Positions 60,201 to 64,000 of a stretch of 64,000 nucleotides of DNA are shown here, piece after piece. Below the pieces are notes generated by a model, which worked only from the letters and a program-made list of their open reading frames with translations, ran no database searches and had not been told where the DNA came from. Location of the stretch: the NCBI RefSeq assembly GCF_024521635.1, contig NW_026250411.1, forward strand, positions 558,001-622,000, written 5' to 3'. How positions within the stretch are numbered: the stretch's first letter is position 1; each line of letters begins with the position of its first letter. The translations under genes were made by a program, and so were the position numbers. The stretch comes from Tricharina praecox. Its lineage: Eukaryota.

Positions 60201-63200
60201 CCTGTGGCCCAACGACAACCGGCTCACCCAATGTTTCAAGGGCTTCGGGAGCTGGTGCATCTTCCATCGGAACATCTGTAGGCTCTTCTAGCACAAGGGG
60301 CACTTGAGCGTTGGTGTCAGGGAGTGCGTCAGCCCGACTACGCTTGTCTGGAGCTGACTCCGCGGGGGGTGGGGAAACGGCCTTGCGCTTTCGTGTGGTC
60401 CTTGGGGTTTTGGGTGTTACTGTCCTGGGTGTTGCGGTTTTGCGTGGACGGCCCTGCTTTACAGGCGCTGGGGTAGGCGTGGCATCGACAGACACAGGCG
60501 CGGTGACATCCGGATTTGCTTCTTGAGAGGCTTGAGGAGTGACTGGGGGTACAGTGGCCTTAGAAGTTTTTGTCGCCCGAATCGCCCGTTTTTCCTTGCC
60601 TTTCGCTGCGGAAGAAGCTGGAGTTTCTGGTACCTGGAAGTCTTGAAGTGGTGTTTTTGATGCCTCGGGGACTCCAGCTGGGGCTTTTGATTCCTGGGTG
60701 CCTTGAGCGGGGGTTGCTGGTGTAGTATTTGCTTTAGTCGCCGCGGCACGGTTTTTCGGGGGGCGTCCTCGGCGCTTGGGCTCAACGGGAGTACCATCGT
60801 CTGTCTTCTGCTTCTTCGGTGGTCTTCCGCGACGCTTCGGTGTTGGCACGGGCGTTTCCGTCGTGGCGTCTTCACCCTCTCCATTCCTCGGGTTCGGTGA
60901 TTCCCCTGCTTCTGTTGCCGCTGCTTCGAGAATCGCTTTCCGTTTTTTGGCAGAAAGATACGGCTCCTCTCCCTTCGGATATTTGCGGGGTCGGCCAGTA
61001 CGAGCTTTTCCATCCAATAAGTTTTAATTCTCGGGGGGAGGAGGGAGAGGTAATCAGGAAATTGCACTCACCAACGCCCTTTTTCCAGCCAGGTTTCCCC
61101 GTCATTGCCGCCGTATTCTCCTTACTCTTACCGACATTCGAACTGTCGGCCAGGCTGGCAGAGCCATCTTTCTTGACCAGACGCCTCGTGGCAACAGGCG
61201 GAAAGCCGTACTCGTCGAGTTCTTCAACGGGCTCAGGTGACGGGCGTTCCGATGCTTCCGTTTGCGATCCTTTCTTGACGCCTTTCTTCTTTGATGTAAT
61301 CGCCCAAGGCTCAACAGCAAGTCCTTCCTTGACAAGCTGTTGATGCGATTCATAGCAGAAGTAGTGATAATGAGTCTGACGGTGAGTGATACTAGTCTCA
61401 CGGATAACAGCTAGATGGATATATTCTATTGGTTGTGATTTCGATGGAAAGTCGGTCATTCGATGCAAGACTTGATCCATTGGCCTGTAATAAAACGGTC
61501 CGATAATACGATGTACTACATCCTACAAGGATGAAGTCAGTAAATGGCTCATAGAACTCGAGAAGCAACACCTACCATGCTGGAAATCCCCTCTTTGCCG
61601 GCTCCCTTGACCAAGTTGTAGATAATGTTCGGCATCGGAACGGTCATAGTCCACCGTGGTACTTCTCGGGGAATCTTTTCAATGGCGTCAACATCCACGT
61701 GGGCCAGCTGCTCGTTGATGGCGTCAACATCCACGGCTTCGTCCTCCCGTTCTCCCTTTTCTTCCTCGGCGTCAGAAGCTTCATCCTCTTCTTCATCCTC
61801 CTCCCCAATCGTCATCTTCGAAGAATTTGCAAGCCTCCGCCAATCTTCGGCCGTTATGTCTCGAACAAACTTGATGCACCGCGCGTGGCATCGGACGGTT
61901 ACAGTGCCTCCTCCTTTCTTGTCATAGCTGCGATTGTTGGCCAATGGAACCCGGATTCGTTTCCACACGCCGAATGATTCAACTTTTCGGAGAATCCGGG
62001 AAAGAGAACGCCAGTGGAATCTGGAGCGGTCCATACCCTTACGTAGATCAGCATTCGATAACCAAATCGATTGGGAACGGGATTGCATACCAGCTTCTTC
62101 TTGAGATCACCTCTCTGTATAACACCATTTTTGGCATTCTTGAGTTCCGCGATGATAGCTCTGATCAAACTCTCCAGGTGAATGGTTTCGCCAGTCCATC
62201 GCTCGCTGCTCTTGCTGGATGCAGGTTTGCCCTTTAACCCACTGTCATCTTTGTGATCTTGTGCTAGTTTCCTGTCACGTAGATAGGCAAATTTCGTGAG
62301 CGTGAGCTTGCTCGTGTTCATGCTTTTGGCCAGAACAGCGACCTTCTCAATATAGCCCATTTCCTTGAGCAAGGTCGTCCGGCCAGCGATGGACTTCTTA
62401 TCTTGACCGGTGATCTTGGTAAGGTCCGGCTGGATCAATCCCTGTTCACGGTGCTTCCCAATCACCTCGAGACACTTGAAAACGGCGTTTGGCACCTGGT
62501 GGGAGATCAGCATACGATCACAACGAGTGATAAGGGAACAAAAGCTTACCCTCTTCGGATCCGGGCCATGGCCTGTAAGTGTCCGCCACCGACGATCCTC
62601 GCTCGCATACACTCGGAGATTGGCGTCGTCCTTATTCTCCCTCCATTTGTCGACTATTTCTCCCAGTGACATACCCCGGGATTCGTTTTTTGGGCCGACA
62701 TTGAAGTCCTTCTGCTGTCTCAAAAGACCCCAGACATACTCCTGGAATTCTTCCTTGACGTTTGGAGTCCCCCAACACTCAGCAGCGATGCGGTCTCTCT
62801 CAGCAGCAGCTTCATCGCCGTCGCCAGCCATGTCCTCATCTCCGTCTTCTTTTCGACCCTCCAATTGATCGGCCCAGAGAAGTTCACCAACATAATGTCG
62901 CTCCTGACGGCTTTTGACATAGAAGTCATTGACGTACTTGAATAGCTCCTCGACGTCAGTGCCTAATAGTCGCAAAATTCATATCAGCACTAACTCGGTC
63001 GGATCGCACGAAACTAGACAGTGATAAATATCCCAAATCGGTGCCGCTTTCAAGTCTCGAACCTATCACATTCCCAAGGGAAAAGTGACAAAGCGAGCAT
63101 TCAAGCAGCCACGTCCCAACAGGGTAATGTGTTTGGGTTCACACTAGAACCCAGTAGCGTCAAACTGTAACCAGAATGTGAAATTTTGCGACGGGAGATC

Positions 63201-63383
63201 GCGATGTTGATGATGGCATTGGTGAGCAGGCATGCCCCACCACTGCATCTCGATTCCTTTTTTTATTTTTCGCCACAGAAAAGCGACTGCAACGAGAGAG
63301 AACATGAAAAAATATAACATACCTTCAGCACCATCAATGGCGACCTCTTCGAGGACGTAGTTCAATAGAGCTTTCACACTCAT
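57244..63383 (-). CDS. TFC3: TFIIIC B-block-binding subunit (Tfc3/Sfc3/tau138), multi-exon
   Basis: N-terminus LLNYVLEEVAIDGAEG, RVYASEDRRWRTLTGH, B-block_TFIIIC motif FKCLEVIGKHREQGLIQPDLTKITGQDKKS, GVFPGG and RIWID..RPGI. Confidence 0.88.
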
Positions 63384-63489
63384 CGCGGAGCTTTGAGCAT
63401 GGGGAGATTGAGTCGAGAAGTTGTAGGGATGGTGTAGAAATCGAGATGTGTGTAGGAGGGTGAAGAGTTAAAAGTAAAAAGGATGGTGG

Positions 63490-63500
63490 GGAATCGAACC
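63490..63500 (-). promoter_or_regulatory. Isolated Pol III B-box (GGTTCGATTCC) upstream of TFC3; candidate extra-TFIIIC (ETC) site
   Basis: Plus strand GGAATCGAACC reads GGTTCGATTCC on the minus strand, matching all fixed positions of GGTTCGANTCC. It is 107 bp upstream of the ATG, with no tRNA cloverleaf around it. Confidence 0.7.
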
Positions 63501-64000
63501 ACCACTTCCATGTCACATGCTTGTGCTAAGTAAGCGACAATTTGTGTTACCCGGTGAAAGGTGGTTTAGCTAGTGCAAGAAACGAGGCTAGAGCTTTCTA
63601 TGATATCAGAACCCCACCAGCCAGTCCCCACTCTCTCCATTCACGCGAAACAAAACAGCAATGGAATCTACTATCGTATACCCCCGAGTGACAATCCAGT
63701 ACTGTACTCAATGCAAATGGCTTCTCCGTATTTATTTCCTGTGATCTCAAGCTTTCGATCGGACAATTCTGATGGCTTCGTACAGGCGCCGCATATGTAA
63801 GATCCGGACGAGCTGCTTGTTAAAAGCTCATGCACTGATTGTAGAAGTTTGCACAAGAGCTACTCTCCACATTCTCGACTTCGCTAGGTGAAGTCTCGCT
63901 CCAACCCTCGACCGGAGGAACCTTCGTGGTGAACATCTACCACAAAGAAGACACTTCCTCGAGCGAGGTGACGACTACGAATTTGTGGGATCGTAAGACA

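Noticed and set aside
63470..63570. Possible tRNA gene around the upstream B-box
   Set aside because: No acceptor, D or anticodon arms can be formed. Only GTGGTGG/CCACCAT flanks the box, with a 9-nt loop that is not a T-arm geometry.

Overview
Gene-dense, intron-containing fungal genomic DNA. It comes from a filamentous ascomycete (Pezizomycotina, inferred from gene content and short GT-AG introns with CTRAC branch sites). Most of the window is core housekeeping genes: GAA1 (3' end), CCT6, NOP56, RNR1, VPS36, eIF1A, GCD6, tRNA-Lys(CTT), RNase H2 subunit C, glyoxalase II, a Ser/Thr-rich GPI protein, ERV41, a YKE4-type ZIP transporter, OST3/6, a coiled-coil Mde4-like protein, NTG1, ALG7, YSH1, MES1, RFC3, gamma-tubulin, a divergent RasGEF, PUS1, TTI1 and the TFIIIC B-block-binding subunit TFC3. 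A small accessory island after the tRNA (about 14.9-18.4 kb) holds a degenerate ORF and an internally deleted hAT transposon. The most interesting signals are non-coding. (1) A perfect tRNA-less B-box lies just upstream of TFC3, suggesting TFIIIC autoregulation. (2) The 360-nt first intron of TFC3 is highly structured, with a long-range helix next to the 3' splice site. (3) Long hairpins fill two eIF1A introns. (4) YSH1 has two oversized introns. There is also a spliced mitochondrial-presequence exon on glyoxalase II. CDS spans are first codon to stop and include introns. All identities are from motif recognition by eye, not database searches.
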